Source: Narcine bancroftii
Lineage: Eukaryota
Assembly: GCF_036971445.1 (NCBI RefSeq)
Contig: NC_091470.1
Coordinates: forward strand, 196,292,001-196,356,000
Reading direction: 5' to 3'
DNA: 64,000 nt
Shown: piece after piece, positions 62,551 through 64,000 of the stretch
How the letters are laid out: each line of letters starts with the position of its first letter
How positions within the stretch are numbered: position 1 is the stretch's first letter
Position numbers and translations under genes: made by a program
The notes under the pieces: generated by a model
Database searches by the model: none
Told to the model about the DNA's origin: nothing
The model's input: the letters and a program-made list of their open reading frames with translations, nothing else

Positions 62551-63101
62551 GAAAGAAAATTGAATCATTTTTACAATATCTGTATTAGATTAAAATAGTT
62601 GTAGATCCAACAGAATTTTTATTGGGTAGTTTGCAACCTCTGAAAGGCTTAGGATTAGATAAGTTCCAGCTTGCTTTTGTATATTTAGCTTTATCTGTAG
62701 CGAAAAAATGTATTGCTAGTATGTGGAAAGATACAAATATGATTGATATTAATAGATGGCATAATGAGATGAAATATTGTTTAATAATGGAAAAAATTAC
62801 ATATGTTTTGCATGATAATTATATATTTTTTATTAATAAGTGGCTGTTATACTCAGAATATTTACATTTCAATTTATATTGATTAGATTTTAATATGTAT
62901 ATTTAACTTTTTTTAATATTCTTTTTTTTTTTCTTTTTTATGGCTCTCCTTAGGATAGTTGGCTGAAGGGGGGGTTCTTTTCTTTTCTTTTTTTTCTTTT
63001 TTTCTATAAATATATATATAAAAAATGTTCATGTTCATGTTTAATTGCTGTATATGTCATATTATTTGGTTTTTGAACGAATAAATAAAGTTTAAAAAAA
63101 A

Positions 63102-64000
63102 TGTTGCAACGCTAAAACAAGCGCTAATTATTCCTTCTCAATGGTTGAATAATTTTGTTGATGGTCATTAAACTTTTTCAAGAAGTACGAAATAGGATGT
63201 TCTATTCCATCACCATCCTTCTTCTGTAACAGTACAGCACCAACCGCTTCGTCACTGGCATCCACGGCTAAAAAGAATGGCTTTTAAAAGTTAGGGGACA
63301 AAAGTACAGGCTGATGGCATAAATGGCCTTTAACTTCAGAAACACTTCCTTACATGCTTCTGACCAGATAAATTTTTCTTTCTTTCCAAGTAGTTTTGTT
63401 AATGGGAGTGCAATTTCTGCAAAGTTTTTACAAAATCTATGATAGTAGCCAATCATGCCTAGAAATCTTTGAAGAGCTTTCTTATTACAAGGGATAGGGA
63501 ATACAGTGATAGCCAATACTTGCGCTCCAACTGGTGCCATCTGTCCCTGTCCTACCACATAACCCAGATAACTTACAGTGGCATGTCCAAACTCACTGTT
63601 GTGCAAATTCACTGTGAGGTGTGCTTCCACCAGTCTCTGAAATAACTGCTCTAATTCAGGCATGTGTTCTTCCCATGTATCCGTACTAATTACTAAATCA
63701 TCGATATAAGCTTCTGTGTGCTCTAAACCCTGAATTACTGCATTAATTATTCTCTGAAATGTGCCAAGACCATTTTTCATCCTGAAAGGCATAACATTAT
63801 ACTCATACAATCCTGAAGGTGTAACAAATGCAGAAATCTCCCTGTCTTTCTCTGTCAAAGGTACACACCAGTATCCTTTTAAGAGATCAATCTTTGTAAG
63901 AAACTTAGCCTTTCCCACCTTATCTATACAATCATCTACTCTGTCTTTGTCACCACGTTTACAATTTAATATCTGTACAAAAGCTTACAACATCTAGAGT
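63102..64000 (-). mobile_element. RT/RNase H of the same Gmr1-like Gypsy element (continues beyond the window)
   Basis: [44 protein letters not shown]; joins the 52133 segment across the L1. Confidence 0.92.

Larger units (their letters stand above)
52134..63101 (+). mobile_element. Near full-length decayed L1-clade LINE (ORF1 ~52281-53105 and 57314-57896; ORF2 58221-62882; poly-A end) interrupted by two CR1 insertions
   Basis: G-rich 5' end; YLENQSR | NNVKIVGLPEG; endonuclease QETH, NIYAPN, GGDFN, RIDFF, SDH; RT KSPGDDG, LDAEKAFDRVEW, QGCPLSP; AATAAA plus A-tail. Confidence 0.93.

Overview
Repeat-dense vertebrate DNA. The mix of V-domain SINEs, abundant CR1, Rex/Babar, Penelope and L1 points to a cartilaginous fish (inference). 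There are long purine/pyrimidine tracts and three N gaps. Three spliced host genes can be rebuilt by hand: (1) a minus-strand B7/butyrophilin-type single IgV gene (leader 17273-17210, V exon 12229-11867, hydrophobic exon 10157-10084); (2) a minus-strand, divergent SPSB gene (SPRY exon 36206-35527, SOCS-box exon 32544-32364) with several 1-bp indels in G/C runs; (3) a plus-strand germline-joined VJ-type Ig gene of the CD28/TMIGD2/NKp30 type (leader 42573-42633, V exon 44064-44420), with no transmembrane exon found in the window. A B7-like ligand gene and a CD28-family-like receptor gene therefore lie divergently oriented about 25 kb apart. The last ~19.5 kb is a multi-level transposon nest: an L1 remnant hosts a Gmr1-like Gypsy, which hosts a near full-length L1, which hosts two CR1s. 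The nest also holds a gag-only LTR derivative with inverted LTR ends and a non-tRNA, self-complementary primer-site region. Most ORFs in the supplied track are low-complexity artefacts. All calls were made by eye, with no database search.
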